A stretch of 64,000 nt of DNA, from contig CP029803.1 in the NCBI GenBank assembly GCA_003226295.1, positions 166,226 through 230,225 of the forward strand. The letters are read 5' to 3'. Below the pieces are notes generated by a model that was given only the letters and a program-made list of their open reading frames with translations, had not been told where the DNA came from and ran no database searches. Positions within the stretch are counted from its first letter, which is position 1, and each line of letters opens with the position of its first letter. The DNA comes from Candidatus Moanibacter tarae (GTDB lineage Bacteria; Verrucomicrobiota; Verrucomicrobiia; Opitutales; UBA2987). This document shows positions 29,275-39,580 of the stretch, in pieces. The position numbers and the translations under genes are program-made.

Positions 29275-30033
29275 ATGTCCGAAGACATAACCGAGATTTT
29301 GAAGTCTTGGCCTTTTGACGGCCAGAATAACGTGCGCAAGATCGTGGATACGAACGGTGTTGAGAAGATACAGGTGCGTATTGAGCAGGGTGCTTTCCAA
29401 GGCATTCTTCAAATGGATCTTGACGGTCGTCCCGATGGAAGGAGGCCATATGATAAAGAGTTTGTCTTGGACCATTTCAGAGAGAAGCTTGTTGGGTCCC
29501 AGAACAATAAAAGCACAATAGAGAAGTTCCTTCTTAGTCGCGAGGATTGTCGAGAAATATTCGATGAGAGTTTCACGGTCTATGAGAGATACGTCTTCCT
29601 TTTGCAGATAAAGGATTACGACAGGGTTGTACGAGATACCGAACGTAATATGGAGGTGTTCCGGTTCGTGAAGGAGTATGGAGCACACCGGGAGGATCGG
29701 CAACACCTCGAAAGGTGGTGGCCCTATATACTAAGAATTCATTATGTGGCCCGGGTAATGCTGGAGGTTCAGGAGAACAAATTTAGTGTGGCTCTCCGTC
29801 TAATTTCGGAAGCGGAAGGTAAAATTGAGAATCTTGAAGAGGTTGATTCGGAGGAATTCCATAATGAGAGAGATAGGTCCCGTCAGGCATTAAAAGACCT
29901 GGCTCAGGAAGTTCGGGACAAAATGCCTTTGGATCCCAAAGAGGCTTTAAAAAGAGCACTGGATCAGGCGGTAAAACGTGAAGAATACGAAAAAGCTGCG
30001 GTTTTACGTGATCAATTAAGGGATCTTGACTAG
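29275..30033 (+). CDS. UvrB/UvrC (UVR) motif-containing protein
   Basis: 252 aa. The C-terminal KREEYEKAAVLRDQLRDL is a UVR motif. The rest is uncharacterised. Confidence 0.6.
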   Translation: MSEDITEILKSWPFDGQNNVRKIVDTNGVEKIQVRIEQGAFQGILQMDLDGRPDGRRPYDKEFVLDHFREKLVGSQNNKSTIEKFLLSREDCREIFDESFTVYERYVFLLQIKDYDRVVRDTERNMEVFRFVKEYGAHREDRQHLERWWPYILRIHYVARVMLEVQENKFSVALRLISEAEGKIENLEEVDSEEFHNERDRSRQALKDLAQEVRDKMPLDPKEALKRALDQAVKREEYEKAAVLRDQLRDLD

Positions 30034-30051
30034 TAAGCTAGGGGTGGCCAA

Positions 30052-30993
30052 ATGCGTTACAGACGATTCGAGGGCATTGAAAAGGACTGGAGTGCGATCA
30101 CTTTTGGCTGTTGGCAGATTGCGCCGAGTGAAGGCTGGGGAGCTATTTGTTCTGAGGAAGCAGCCGATGGGGTCGTGAAGGCCGCTCTCGACTCGGGTAT
30201 TACCGCTTTTGATACAGCGGAGGGCTATGGTGACGGCGAATCAGAAAAGCGATTGGGCAAGGCGCTGGGATCTAATAAGGACGATGTGATTATCATCTCC
30301 AAGATTTGGCCCGACGCGAAGTTGGATATGGATGCCTACAGGGAGCGACTTGATGGGACCCTACATGCGCTCCAGAGAGACTATGTAGACGTCTACCTAG
30401 TACATTGGCCGGGAGATAACTTTGATTCGCCTGACAAGAGCGCCCGAATGTGTGATCTAATGGCTTCCTTAGTGGAGAGCGGGAAAGCTACACGGGTTGG
30501 CCTTTCAAATTTCCACAAAAGCGACTTGTCGCTGCTGGCCGATGGATTAAGAAACTTTTCTTTTAACGAAGTGCCTTACAGTTTGTTAGATCGACGATAT
30601 GATGGCGAAACTCGTTTGATTTGCGAAGAACACGGTCTGGCCTATATTGCTTATTCCCCGACTGGAAAAGGATTGTTAGCTGGACGGGTGGATGCAGAGG
30701 CGAGAAGCTATCCTGCTAGATCGTGGGATCCTCATTATCTAGAACCGCGCTTTTCTGAGTCCCTAAAGGTCTTAGAGGTTGTACAAGAAATTGCAGTAGA
30801 ATGCGATGTGCAGCCAATTGCGGTTGCCCTTTCTTGGGTGCTTGCAAGGCCAAACCTTTGGACAGTTATTATTGGTTCTCGAAAGGTAGACCAGGTTTCC
30901 GGTTTTGCTATCGCTGGCGATTTTGAATTGAACGCCGATCAGTTGATGCGACTCGAAGCTGCGAGTGATGCATACTTGGAGAAGTTTCCGTAG
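30052..30993 (+). CDS. Aldo/keto reductase
   Basis: 313 aa. It has FDTAEGYGDGESE, VDVYLVHWP and GLSNF. Confidence 0.85.
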   Translation: MRYRRFEGIEKDWSAITFGCWQIAPSEGWGAICSEEAADGVVKAALDSGITAFDTAEGYGDGESEKRLGKALGSNKDDVIIISKIWPDAKLDMDAYRERLDGTLHALQRDYVDVYLVHWPGDNFDSPDKSARMCDLMASLVESGKATRVGLSNFHKSDLSLLADGLRNFSFNEVPYSLLDRRYDGETRLICEEHGLAYIAYSPTGKGLLAGRVDAEARSYPARSWDPHYLEPRFSESLKVLEVVQEIAVECDVQPIAVALSWVLARPNLWTVIIGSRKVDQVSGFAIAGDFELNADQLMRLEAASDAYLEKFP

Positions 30994-31274
30994 AACTAAG
31001 GATAGGGAACGAATCTTATTTTCGTTTGTATTCTTGAAGAATATTGTAAAGTGGGAATTTTCAGCAAGTAATGGCCTCAATGGATGTTTTTCGAGTGGAT
31101 GATTTCAGTGATTTCTGATTGATAGGAAGTTATGAAGAAACGTTGTCTTTTGTAGATACTGGGTTTCGGGGGGATTGATAAATTTCATGAGGCGGCTCTT
31201 AATTTTCTGGCACTGGATGTATTTAACAAAGTGTGAAAATTATGGGCAGGAAGGAAGGGCTTTAATGCGGGGGA

Positions 31275-32051
31275 GTGATGAAATTGGGAGATAGAGTAGC
31301 AATCGTGACAGGAGCTAGTTCTGGGATCGGTCGAGGGATCGCTCTCGAGTTTGCCCGAGAAGGGGCCAAGGTCTGTGTGGTAGATGTTAGAGAAGAGCCA
31401 AAGCGAGGTAAATATCATGAAACCAAAAAACGGAAGTCGACTGCGGATACCATAGTCGATTTAGGGGGCGAGGCATGCTTTGCTGAGGCCGATATGGGAA
31501 ATGATTCTTCGATCGAGCAGATGATCCACAAAACGCTGAATCACTTCGGCCAAATTGACATTCTCGTAAATAACGCTGGGATTTATAATCCCGGAGGGAT
31601 TCAGGATGTCTCAAGTGCGGAATGGGATCGCATGACCGGTGTTAATCTGAAGGGGGTTTTTTTGGCGATGAAGTTCGTAATTCCTTTTTTAAGGTCTTCA
31701 GCTGCGGGAAGGATCATCAATATTGCTTCGATTCACGCCTTTGCTGGTGGGGCCGGCCCCCCCTATACTTCGGCTAAAGCAGCAGTTGTAAATCTTACAA
31801 AAGACATTGCTGTAGAATTGGCTCCCGATAGTGTAACTGTGAACGCAATTTGTCCGGGTTATATAGAGACGCCGATTCAGGATTACTTGTCCGATGAGGA
31901 TATTGAGAACAGTCGTTTACGGACGCCCTTGCCACGATTTGGAAATCCGAAGGATATTGGGCGTGCGGCCGTCTTTCTCGCCTCTGATGATGCGTCATGG
32001 ATCACTGGAGTTGCCCTGCCCGTAGATGGTGGCTGGTTGGCTCAGATTTAG
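31275..32051 (+). CDS. SDR-family oxidoreductase
   Basis: 258 aa. It has TGASSGIGRGIA, NNAG and the catalytic YTSAK. Confidence 0.85.
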   Translation: MMKLGDRVAIVTGASSGIGRGIALEFAREGAKVCVVDVREEPKRGKYHETKKRKSTADTIVDLGGEACFAEADMGNDSSIEQMIHKTLNHFGQIDILVNNAGIYNPGGIQDVSSAEWDRMTGVNLKGVFLAMKFVIPFLRSSAAGRIINIASIHAFAGGAGPPYTSAKAAVVNLTKDIAVELAPDSVTVNAICPGYIETPIQDYLSDEDIENSRLRTPLPRFGNPKDIGRAAVFLASDDASWITGVALPVDGGWLAQI

Positions 32052-32245
32052 AGTTGAAACTGCAAGGTAGTAGAGTGCGACAGGGAGATCTGGTCGAGGT
32101 GATGGAAGAAAAAGCGCCCGATGGAACTGGAAGTCTATTCCCTGGAATTAAAGATGGGGGGAATCCCTTGGGAAGAAAGTTTCTTGCCTACTGAGCAAAG
32201 TTTGGCGCAGCTCACATCCTATTTTAATATGCTTGAGACCTATCG

Positions 32246-32821
32246 TTAGAGAGAGGATCGGGTTAGGGTATCCCGAAACTCGGAGCTTATCAATTTGAGA
32301 GGTCGATCAAGCGCTGGAGGTGGTTCCTGGCCTGTTTCAACAAGTAGATTGATGAAGATAGGCCCTTCCTGGTCAAGGATTTCAGGTAATGTTTCGTTAA
32401 TTCCTTTAACCGAATCTATCTGGTGGGAATGTAGAATCCCCGCGCCCTTAGCTAGCGTTGTCATGGAAAGATAATCTCCGCCCGGAATAAGCTGATTCCC
32501 AGTCACTTCGTAAGTATTGTTCTGTATTACGTAAATAACCAGGTTAGCGGGGGGAGTTTGTGTAACTGTTACCAGGGTTCCGAGAGACATTAGCATACTT
32601 CCGTCTCCGTTTAGCACCCAAACCTTTCGTTCTGGCCGGGCCAAGGCAATTCCCATAGCGAAATCCGCTGCATGCCCCATTGCGCTTCCAACTGAGGGGA
32701 AATCCAGGTTCGAGTTCGAGAGATGACTCCATGGAGCCGCACTCCCCATGGTAGTCACGACTACTGTATCGGGGAGACGCAGCTTCTGTAGCGCGGCGAG
32801 ACATGAGTAGCGATTCATCAT
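32246..32821 (-). CDS. Sulfopyruvate/phosphonopyruvate decarboxylase family, beta subunit (TPP-binding)
   Basis: 191 aa. It has the ThDP motif GDGSMLM...N. It overlaps the upstream alpha-subunit gene by 4 nt (ATGA). Confidence 0.6.
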   Translation of the reverse strand: MMNRYSCLAALQKLRLPDTVVVTTMGSAAPWSHLSNSNLDFPSVGSAMGHAADFAMGIALARPERKVWVLNGDGSMLMSLGTLVTVTQTPPANLVIYVIQNNTYEVTGNQLIPGGDYLSMTTLAKGAGILHSHQIDSVKGINETLPEILDQEGPIFINLLVETGQEPPPALDRPLKLISSEFRDTLTRSSL

Positions 32822-33345
32822 ATCATAAGGACCCCAACTGGTTTTCTCAGCGCCTCTGCTTCTTTCTGGGCTTTGCGGAAAACCTTGGACTCAGTATCTC
32901 CTGTGAGTATGTGATAGGGCATTCCCCAGGCCTTCAGCATCGGTTCAAAAAATGATGCTGCAGTATCGACTGATTCGGTTCCGAGTGATCGGTATCCTCG
33001 ATAGGTCAGCAGGGCAACGAGCGGCACACCCATTTCAATTGCGGTTCCTCTAAGTGCATCTCCTGATTCGAAGAAACCCGTATTCTGGATAATTACGATG
33101 GGAGTCGCGCCTCCTATCCAGAGACCGCTCGCGATCGACCAGGCTTCGCCTTCACGACAAACTAGAATTGTCTGCACATTCGGATTTTGATCACATAATT
33201 CGAAGATCAGCCTGGATGAATTATCCGGTACTCCCACGGAGTGAGTCATTCCTATGTCGAGAAGAGCTCGGACTATTCTCTCCGACCGAAAACTTAACAG
33301 ACTCTCGTCATTCGGAGTCTCTCTATTGCAAATTTTGAAGGCCAT
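32818..33345 (-). CDS. Sulfopyruvate/phosphonopyruvate decarboxylase family, alpha subunit
   Basis: 175 aa with a pyrimidine-binding ThDP domain (REGEAWSIASGLWIGG). The split alpha/beta architecture is typical of ComD/ComE. Confidence 0.6.
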   Translation of the reverse strand: MAFKICNRETPNDESLLSFRSERIVRALLDIGMTHSVGVPDNSSRLIFELCDQNPNVQTILVCREGEAWSIASGLWIGGATPIVIIQNTGFFESGDALRGTAIEMGVPLVALLTYRGYRSLGTESVDTAASFFEPMLKAWGMPYHILTGDTESKVFRKAQKEAEALRKPVGVLMI

Positions 33346-33727
33346 AAAGTTACTGGATCATCATCAATTAAAAGTAGCTAATGCACAACAAATGGCATTT
33401 AAATCAATGACTGTTGGCCTAAGTTTCATAGAACGAAGACTTTTCGGAAATAAAGCACTTTCGTCGATTATCTGGAATCGGGTGGGGTCAGATTCTATTA
33501 TCATACGCTTGCAGTGTACGTCTGTGACTATCTAGGGAGGAACCGACTCATTAGCTTAGTCGAATTGCCGCGAAAACACAAAGACTGACTCGGTTAAAAG
33601 GTCGAATCAATTTCTCTGGCTCCAGGTACTGGAAGAGACTTCCTATGGCTTCAGAATCAGATTTGCTCACATCGGTATCCCGTATGCGGGTCATGAAAAA
33701 GTCAAGACCATGCTAATCAGTTTTAGG

Positions 33728-35692
33728 CTAGGGTACGGCAGTCTTCTGTTGTTGGCGAAGCACTCTTCGGTCTCCTTGTCGCAGGGTGATGCCTTCATGG
33801 TCTAATTTCTCCAGGATAGGTAGGGCAATTCGTCGACTGGTCCCGAGGGTGAAGCGAATCTCGCTTACAGTCGAGGGACCATTTAAACGGATGAGATCTA
33901 TGATTTTATCTTTTGCAAGGTTGAAGGAAGACTTTGACATAACGATTTTGTCTGAGACTTCGACAACTTCATTGGATTGGATAAGAAAAGTAAGGGTTTC
34001 AAGATAGTGTGAATCAGAGGCCAACTCTTTCCGCGATGGAGGTTCCAGAGGTTTGTTATTGAGGGAGCTGCGTATTTTATCAGCTAGTGGTCTAAGGCGT
34101 TCGGGAAGTGCAATTTTGTGATTTACTCTCATGAGAAATACACCCTGTTTCTGAAATCCCGATCGAAGCAGTCTTTCCAGCAAAGCTTCAAATATATCTT
34201 TATGGCGATTCTCAATACGAATAGTTCGTCGGAGCTTACTGAGCGTGAGACCGCCACGTTCCGGGTTTGTACTGTGTTCTTGGTCAATAGCCTTGGAGGC
34301 GGTGTGGAATAATTTGTCCCACCATTTCCTTTCAACAAGTAGGGGCCCTAGGAGTATAGCGGCTCCGGATTCTGCTAGTCCTCGAATTGTTTCGGCGATC
34401 TCATCAGCACTGAAGATGGACTGGAGCAAGACTTCGGTGGGCGAGATAGCTAGGTCGCGCAGAAGCTGAGAGCTGATCCAGTGATCTAATTTCCCGAGTG
34501 ACTTGGCACGTATTTCGAGGAAATTTTTATGAGCGCAATCTTGGAATAGGTAGGGACGGGATTGAGGGTAAAGAACAATTCCTCCTCCAACGGTAGTTTT
34601 CCCTGGCCAGTCTCGAATAATAAATCGATCACCGGCAAAAAGAAAAAGCGGGGACTCTAGGCGAAGTTGGGCAAGTGTACTTTGCCCTGGGGAGAGATCC
34701 TGTTTCTCAAAAAATCGCATCCTTGCGGGTACATTTTTGCTTCCGTGGTGGATTCGGACGCGGCTTCCATCAGTGAGATGACGGATTCCCCTTGGTAGCG
34801 ATCTCGCGAAATCAGGTGATCGCTCGATGAGGGCATCGGCTGTTTGGGAGGGACTCCCTAGTTCTGGTAAGGTTACTACATCACCTTTTTGGATCTTTGT
34901 TGGACCTTGTGAATCAGGCGTGGAGACGTGTGCCAGGCAGGTGGCAGTTCGCATGCTAGGCCGACTCTCTTCAAGATGTTGGTTTACAGATTGTATATTG
35001 CGAATTCGGGATTCGATGCCTGAGGGTTGGATGAGGATTTGCTGGCCACGAATCAAAGTTCCACCGGTTAGGGTTCCCGTGGCGACTGTCCCAATGCCCG
35101 GAATTGAAAAGACGCGATCGACGGGCAGGCGTGGCTTTCCAATATTGCGTGGGAGAGGGGTGTCTTTAAGGACCCTTCCCAAGGCAATCTTTAAGTCCTC
35201 GATCCCCTCTCCGGTTACTGATGATGTTCTTACAATGGGAGCCTTAGCTAAGCGGCTCGTGTTTAGTCTCTTTCTAATCTCATTGATTTTTAAAGTGTTA
35301 GTTTTATCCGCAAGGTCTGACTTGGATAGTGCCACAACGCCACGTGAGATTCCAAGATAAGAAAGGATCTCGAGATGCTCTTCCGTTTGAGTCATCCATC
35401 CGTCGTCAGCTGCGATAACGAGAAGACAGAGATCGATCGATCCAACGCCAGCGACCATATTCTTGACAAAATCTTCGTGTCCGGGAACGTCGACAATTCC
35501 AAGATTAAAGATGACAGAAGGGTCTTCAGGAGACCTGATATCGAGAAAGGCAAAACCGAGATCAATCGTAAGCCCTCTTTTCTTTTCTTCAGGAAGGCGA
35601 TCTGGATCCACACCCGTTAATGCCTTTACCAAGGAGCTTTTTCCGTGGTCAACATGACCGGCGGTTGCAAGGATTAAATTATGATTAGTCAC
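33728..35692 (-). CDS. selB: Selenocysteine-specific translation elongation factor SelB
   Basis: 654 aa. It has GTPase motifs (AGHVDHGKSSL, DVPGHEDF, SKSD) followed by long winged-helix C-terminal domains. It lies 27 nt downstream of selA. Confidence 0.9.
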   Translation of the reverse strand: MTNHNLILATAGHVDHGKSSLVKALTGVDPDRLPEEKKRGLTIDLGFAFLDIRSPEDPSVIFNLGIVDVPGHEDFVKNMVAGVGSIDLCLLVIAADDGWMTQTEEHLEILSYLGISRGVVALSKSDLADKTNTLKINEIRKRLNTSRLAKAPIVRTSSVTGEGIEDLKIALGRVLKDTPLPRNIGKPRLPVDRVFSIPGIGTVATGTLTGGTLIRGQQILIQPSGIESRIRNIQSVNQHLEESRPSMRTATCLAHVSTPDSQGPTKIQKGDVVTLPELGSPSQTADALIERSPDFARSLPRGIRHLTDGSRVRIHHGSKNVPARMRFFEKQDLSPGQSTLAQLRLESPLFLFAGDRFIIRDWPGKTTVGGGIVLYPQSRPYLFQDCAHKNFLEIRAKSLGKLDHWISSQLLRDLAISPTEVLLQSIFSADEIAETIRGLAESGAAILLGPLLVERKWWDKLFHTASKAIDQEHSTNPERGGLTLSKLRRTIRIENRHKDIFEALLERLLRSGFQKQGVFLMRVNHKIALPERLRPLADKIRSSLNNKPLEPPSRKELASDSHYLETLTFLIQSNEVVEVSDKIVMSKSSFNLAKDKIIDLIRLNGPSTVSEIRFTLGTSRRIALPILEKLDHEGITLRQGDRRVLRQQQKTAVP

Positions 35693-35719
35693 AGGAATTT
35701 GCCGGACTTAATCAGAAAT

Positions 35720-37114
35720 TTACTTTGAATTTTCAGTCCAGGACGGTTTAGATTTCAGTGCTGATCGAATGGCGCAGGAAAGTGACTCGTCTTGACTTTC
35801 AAAGACTGTACGTAAGTCGAGCCGAAGTTGCTGGTTTGAGATATATCCTATGACAGGAGGGGTTCCCTTCCGTAGTTCAGAGGTGAGTAGTTCGAGGTTT
35901 TTTGCTGTCGACGCTAAATCAATGGTCACCGATGGTATACTTGATTTCGGTAGGGCGCCTCCTCCGATTTGCGATTCTCCATCGTTAATGTTAATTTTGA
36001 TCGGCAGGTCTTTTAGGCTCCGAGCGATTTTTTCCCCACGTTTCCGAAGCTTTGCAACGGGATCATTAAGCATTTGGAAAACCGGTATTTCTTTATTAGA
36101 CCGTTGGCTGAGGTAAAGTTCGGCGGTGGACTGCAGGGCTGCGAGGATGAGTTTGTCGGAGCGTAAGGCTCGGAAAAAAGGTTCCTTTTTGAGGGCATCG
36201 ACAATCACTTTTTTCCCTGCTATTATGCCAGCCTGGGGACCACCCATCAATTTGTCACCACTGAAGCAGACCAAATCAACACCCTGGCGAAGCACTTCGG
36301 CAGGAGTAGGCTCGTGTTCCAGAGATGTGGTCTGAGCGGTATCGACTAGGGCACCGCTACCAAGGTCTTCGATCATTGGTAGTCGATGGGTATTGGCCAA
36401 TAGTTTGATATCCTCAGATGTCGGAGATTTGACGAAACCCTCCATAGCAAAATTGCTTCGATGCACCTTGAGTATGAGGGCTGTATCTCGGTTGATCGCC
36501 CTTTCATAATCTTTCACGGTAGTCCGGTTGGTAGTTCCGACTTCACGGATGTCGGCACCGCTTGACTCAAGGATCTCCGGTATTCGGAAGCCGCCTCCAA
36601 TTTGGATGAGCTCTCCCCTTGAAATGATGACGCTTTTCTGGTCCCCAGATGTAAAATGTCGGATGACTAAAACAAGAGCGGCAGCACAGTTGTTAACTAC
36701 GATTGTGCTCTCGGATTGGCACAGAATAGAGAGGCACAGCTCGAGATATTGACCTCGATTTCCTCGATTTCCGGTGGGCAGATCCATTTCAAGATTGCTA
36801 TATGTTTGTCCGATTTCACTCATATACTGAACGGCTTGGGGTGCGAGGGGGGCACGCCCAAGATTGGTATGAACAATGACTCCGGTTCCGTTTACAGTAG
36901 GCTTTATCCTGCTCAGCTCGATAGCTTTGAGTTCCTTTCCGATCTGAGTGACGATCAAATCGAAGGGAGGAATCTTTCTCTTTTTTCGAATAATATTCAA
37001 ATACTCCCGAACAACGGAGAGAACGATTTCGTGCGGAAGCTCTCTGAAAGCAAGCGCCTGGATGATTTTATCGACGGAAGGTATGGTGCGCCGGTCGCTA
37101 TCGGGGTTAGTCAT
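35720..37114 (-). CDS. selA: L-seryl-tRNA(Sec) selenium transferase SelA
   Basis: 464 aa. It has IPSVDKII, NNCAAAL and the PLP-lysine block FSGDKLMGGPQAGII. Confidence 0.9.
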   Translation of the reverse strand: MTNPDSDRRTIPSVDKIIQALAFRELPHEIVLSVVREYLNIIRKKRKIPPFDLIVTQIGKELKAIELSRIKPTVNGTGVIVHTNLGRAPLAPQAVQYMSEIGQTYSNLEMDLPTGNRGNRGQYLELCLSILCQSESTIVVNNCAAALVLVIRHFTSGDQKSVIISRGELIQIGGGFRIPEILESSGADIREVGTTNRTTVKDYERAINRDTALILKVHRSNFAMEGFVKSPTSEDIKLLANTHRLPMIEDLGSGALVDTAQTTSLEHEPTPAEVLRQGVDLVCFSGDKLMGGPQAGIIAGKKVIVDALKKEPFFRALRSDKLILAALQSTAELYLSQRSNKEIPVFQMLNDPVAKLRKRGEKIARSLKDLPIKININDGESQIGGGALPKSSIPSVTIDLASTAKNLELLTSELRKGTPPVIGYISNQQLRLDLRTVFESQDESLSCAIRSALKSKPSWTENSK

Positions 37115-37182
37115 CTTGTCTATCCTCGGTTGGGAGAATGGGTCTTTCTTTTAATGAGAAATAGTATCTGAGCGAATTTGAA

Positions 37183-39492
37183 TTGAAAAAGGGATATCGA
37201 CAAGCGAACTTTCCAGCAGTGAAGGCGGAAGGTCAGCGCATACTGAAGGAACTCGTTCTTGTCGGCGGGGGCCATTCTCATATCGCTATTCTGAAAGAGT
37301 TTGGAATGCGGCCGGTTTTGGGTTTGCGAATCACGCTTATATCGGAATATGGCGGAACGCCGTATTCAGGGATGCTTCCGGGCCTAATCGCGGGGCACTA
37401 CAATTACGAAGAAGTACATATTGACCTAGTCCGGCTCTGTCGGTTAGCAGGAGCTCAGTTTTATCGGACCCGAGTCGAGGGACTGGATTTGGGAGGGAAG
37501 CGAGTGCTTTGTGAAGGGAGACCTCCAGTTCGATTTGATTTAATTTCAATTAACAATGGATCGACACCGAGAACTAAAGGAATTGCTGGGGCGGCCAAGT
37601 ACTCCATTCCAGTGAAGCCGATTATGCAGTTTCTCCGTGGTTGGGATAGAATCTTGGAAGCGGCGATAAAAAGGGAAGGCGATTCATATCGGGTTACGGT
37701 GATAGGTGGGGGAGCCGGGGGTGTCGAAGTAACGCTTGCCACTCAGTTTTGCCTCTATAATGAACTTAAAAAACGCAATATTACGAGCTCTCAGATAGAA
37801 TTTCATTTGGTTACAGAAAGCGATGTTCTCCTTCCGACTCATAATCCGAGAGTGCAGGAAAAATACACCCGCATTCTGGATGATCGGAAAGTGGTAGTGC
37901 ACCTCCAACATCGGGTAGTGAAGGTTGAAGCCGACGCTTTATTTTGCGAACCGGGTGCAATTATCCTTAGCGACGCAATCATTCTGGCGACCGATGGTGC
38001 CCCATCGGAATGGCTGAGAGAATCGGGATTAACAACCGATCACCAAGGCTTCATTGTCGTAGATGAATGTTTGCGGTCGCCCTCACATCCCTTTGTCTTT
38101 GCTGCAGGAGATGCTGCCTCGGTGAGGGAGCATCCGCGCCCTAAGTCAGGAGTCTTTGCAGTTCGACAAGGGCCTCCCTTAGGCGAAAACATCCGTTTGG
38201 CTCTGGCTGATCTGCCTTCTAAGCCTTTTGTTCCCCAGAGACATTTTCTGAGCTTAATTAGTACAGGGGATCAGTACGCGGTTGCTTCACGAGGACGATG
38301 GGCATTGGAAGGGAAAATAATCTGGAAGATTAAAGATTGGATTGATCGCCGCTGGATGAAGCAGTATCGAGAGTTGCCTGCCATGTCGGAGGATGAGGGG
38401 GATTCTCGAATTGCGGAAAGGCTTATCCCCAATTCGGATACCCTTCCAGAAGAGGGAAAGGAAACGATTCGCTGTGGAGGATGCGGCTCGAAAGTTGGGA
38501 GCGTTGTATTGAATAAAGTTCTTAACCGGGTGGATATTATTGAGCGAAAGGACATTTTGCTGGGCCTCAAGAGTTCCGATGATGCAGCTGCCTTGAAAGT
38601 CCCGGAAGGAATGATACAGGTTCAATCAGTGGACAGTTTCCCGGTTTTCTTAAATGACCCCTACATGTTCGGTAAGATTGCTGCCAACCATTGTCTGGGC
38701 GATCTCTTTGCAATGGGAGCTGAACCTCAGTCTGCGCAGGTATTGGTTACTGTGGATCCAGGTTCTGATTCAGCGATGGAAGAGCAGCTTTTTCAGGTAA
38801 TGAGTGGAGCGATTTCTCTGTTGGAGGAACATAGGGTCGCGCTTATTGGAGGACACACTTCAGAAGGGTCGCCATTGGGTATAGGGTTGGTTGTAAACGG
38901 TCTGGCGGAAGAGGGAAGTCTCTTGCGCAAGGGAGGAATGCGGCCAGGCGATCAGCTCATCATGACAAAACCTCTGGGAACCGGGACGATCTTTGCTGCT
39001 GATATGCGGGCAAGAGCAAAGAGTAGTTGGATTGAGGAAGCGGTTCGATCAATGGTGCGTTCTAATGGGCCGGCGATCGATTGTTTCAAGAGGCATGGGG
39101 CAAGTGCTTCTTCTGATGTTACCGGTTTCGGTTTGGTTGGGCATTTGATTGAGATGCTGCATGCTTCCGGAACAGGAGCTAAAATGAATCTTAAAGCAGT
39201 AACATTTTTTTCTGGGGCGGTGGAAACAGCGAAGGCCGGGATACTGAGCACTTTGCAGCCCCAAAATCGAAAGCTGGAAGCATCTTTGAAATTTAAAGGG
39301 GAAAGAGATGAACGTTATGAGCTGCTCTTCGATCCACAGACCTCAGGAGGATTGCTTGCTAGTGTTCCATTGAAGCATGCAGAGGCTTGCCTAGGTGATC
39401 TCAAAAGTGTAGGTTATTTAGATGCTGCTGTGATTGGAGAGGTAGTTGTACGGGAGAAAGAGGAGCCTTGTCTTGAAATACGGGGGTTATAA
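37183..39492 (+). CDS. selD: Selenide,water dikinase SelD fused to an N-terminal FAD-dependent pyridine nucleotide-disulfide oxidoreductase domain
   Basis: 769 aa. The N-terminal ~400 aa has LVGGGHSHI and VIGGGAGGVE Rossmann motifs. The C-terminal half has the SelD active-site loop RCGGCGSKVG (Cys, not Sec) and PurM-like folds (DDAA..., GGHT). The ORF-track start is TTG. Confidence 0.9.
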   Translation: MKKGYRQANFPAVKAEGQRILKELVLVGGGHSHIAILKEFGMRPVLGLRITLISEYGGTPYSGMLPGLIAGHYNYEEVHIDLVRLCRLAGAQFYRTRVEGLDLGGKRVLCEGRPPVRFDLISINNGSTPRTKGIAGAAKYSIPVKPIMQFLRGWDRILEAAIKREGDSYRVTVIGGGAGGVEVTLATQFCLYNELKKRNITSSQIEFHLVTESDVLLPTHNPRVQEKYTRILDDRKVVVHLQHRVVKVEADALFCEPGAIILSDAIILATDGAPSEWLRESGLTTDHQGFIVVDECLRSPSHPFVFAAGDAASVREHPRPKSGVFAVRQGPPLGENIRLALADLPSKPFVPQRHFLSLISTGDQYAVASRGRWALEGKIIWKIKDWIDRRWMKQYRELPAMSEDEGDSRIAERLIPNSDTLPEEGKETIRCGGCGSKVGSVVLNKVLNRVDIIERKDILLGLKSSDDAAALKVPEGMIQVQSVDSFPVFLNDPYMFGKIAANHCLGDLFAMGAEPQSAQVLVTVDPGSDSAMEEQLFQVMSGAISLLEEHRVALIGGHTSEGSPLGIGLVVNGLAEEGSLLRKGGMRPGDQLIMTKPLGTGTIFAADMRARAKSSWIEEAVRSMVRSNGPAIDCFKRHGASASSDVTGFGLVGHLIEMLHASGTGAKMNLKAVTFFSGAVETAKAGILSTLQPQNRKLEASLKFKGERDERYELLFDPQTSGGLLASVPLKHAEACLGDLKSVGYLDAAVIGEVVVREKEEPCLEIRGL

Positions 39493-39549
39493 AGTAGCAT
39501 CCAATTTATAGGCCGTTTCTTGTCGCAGTTAAATTCGTTCTGTTGGAAG

Positions 39550-39580
39550 AGGTCCCTCTCGACCCAGGGGCGGTTTTGTT
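39550..39580 (+). terminator. Candidate intrinsic terminator of selD
   Basis: The stem gtccct/aggggc (6 bp including a G-U pair) has an 8-nt loop and is followed by ggttttgtttc. Confidence 0.35.

Noticed and set aside
34827-35360. 177-aa plus-strand ORF inside selB. Similar antisense ORFs occur at 99..542, 40461..40871, 41532..41852, 7624..7992 and elsewhere.
   Set aside because: These are shadow ORFs antisense to well-supported genes. Their composition is Arg/Ser/Pro-rich and they have no recognisable motifs.
37183-39492. Whether selD itself is a selenoprotein
   Set aside because: The active-site loop reads RCGGCGSK with Cys at the Sec/Cys position, and the ORF is uninterrupted.
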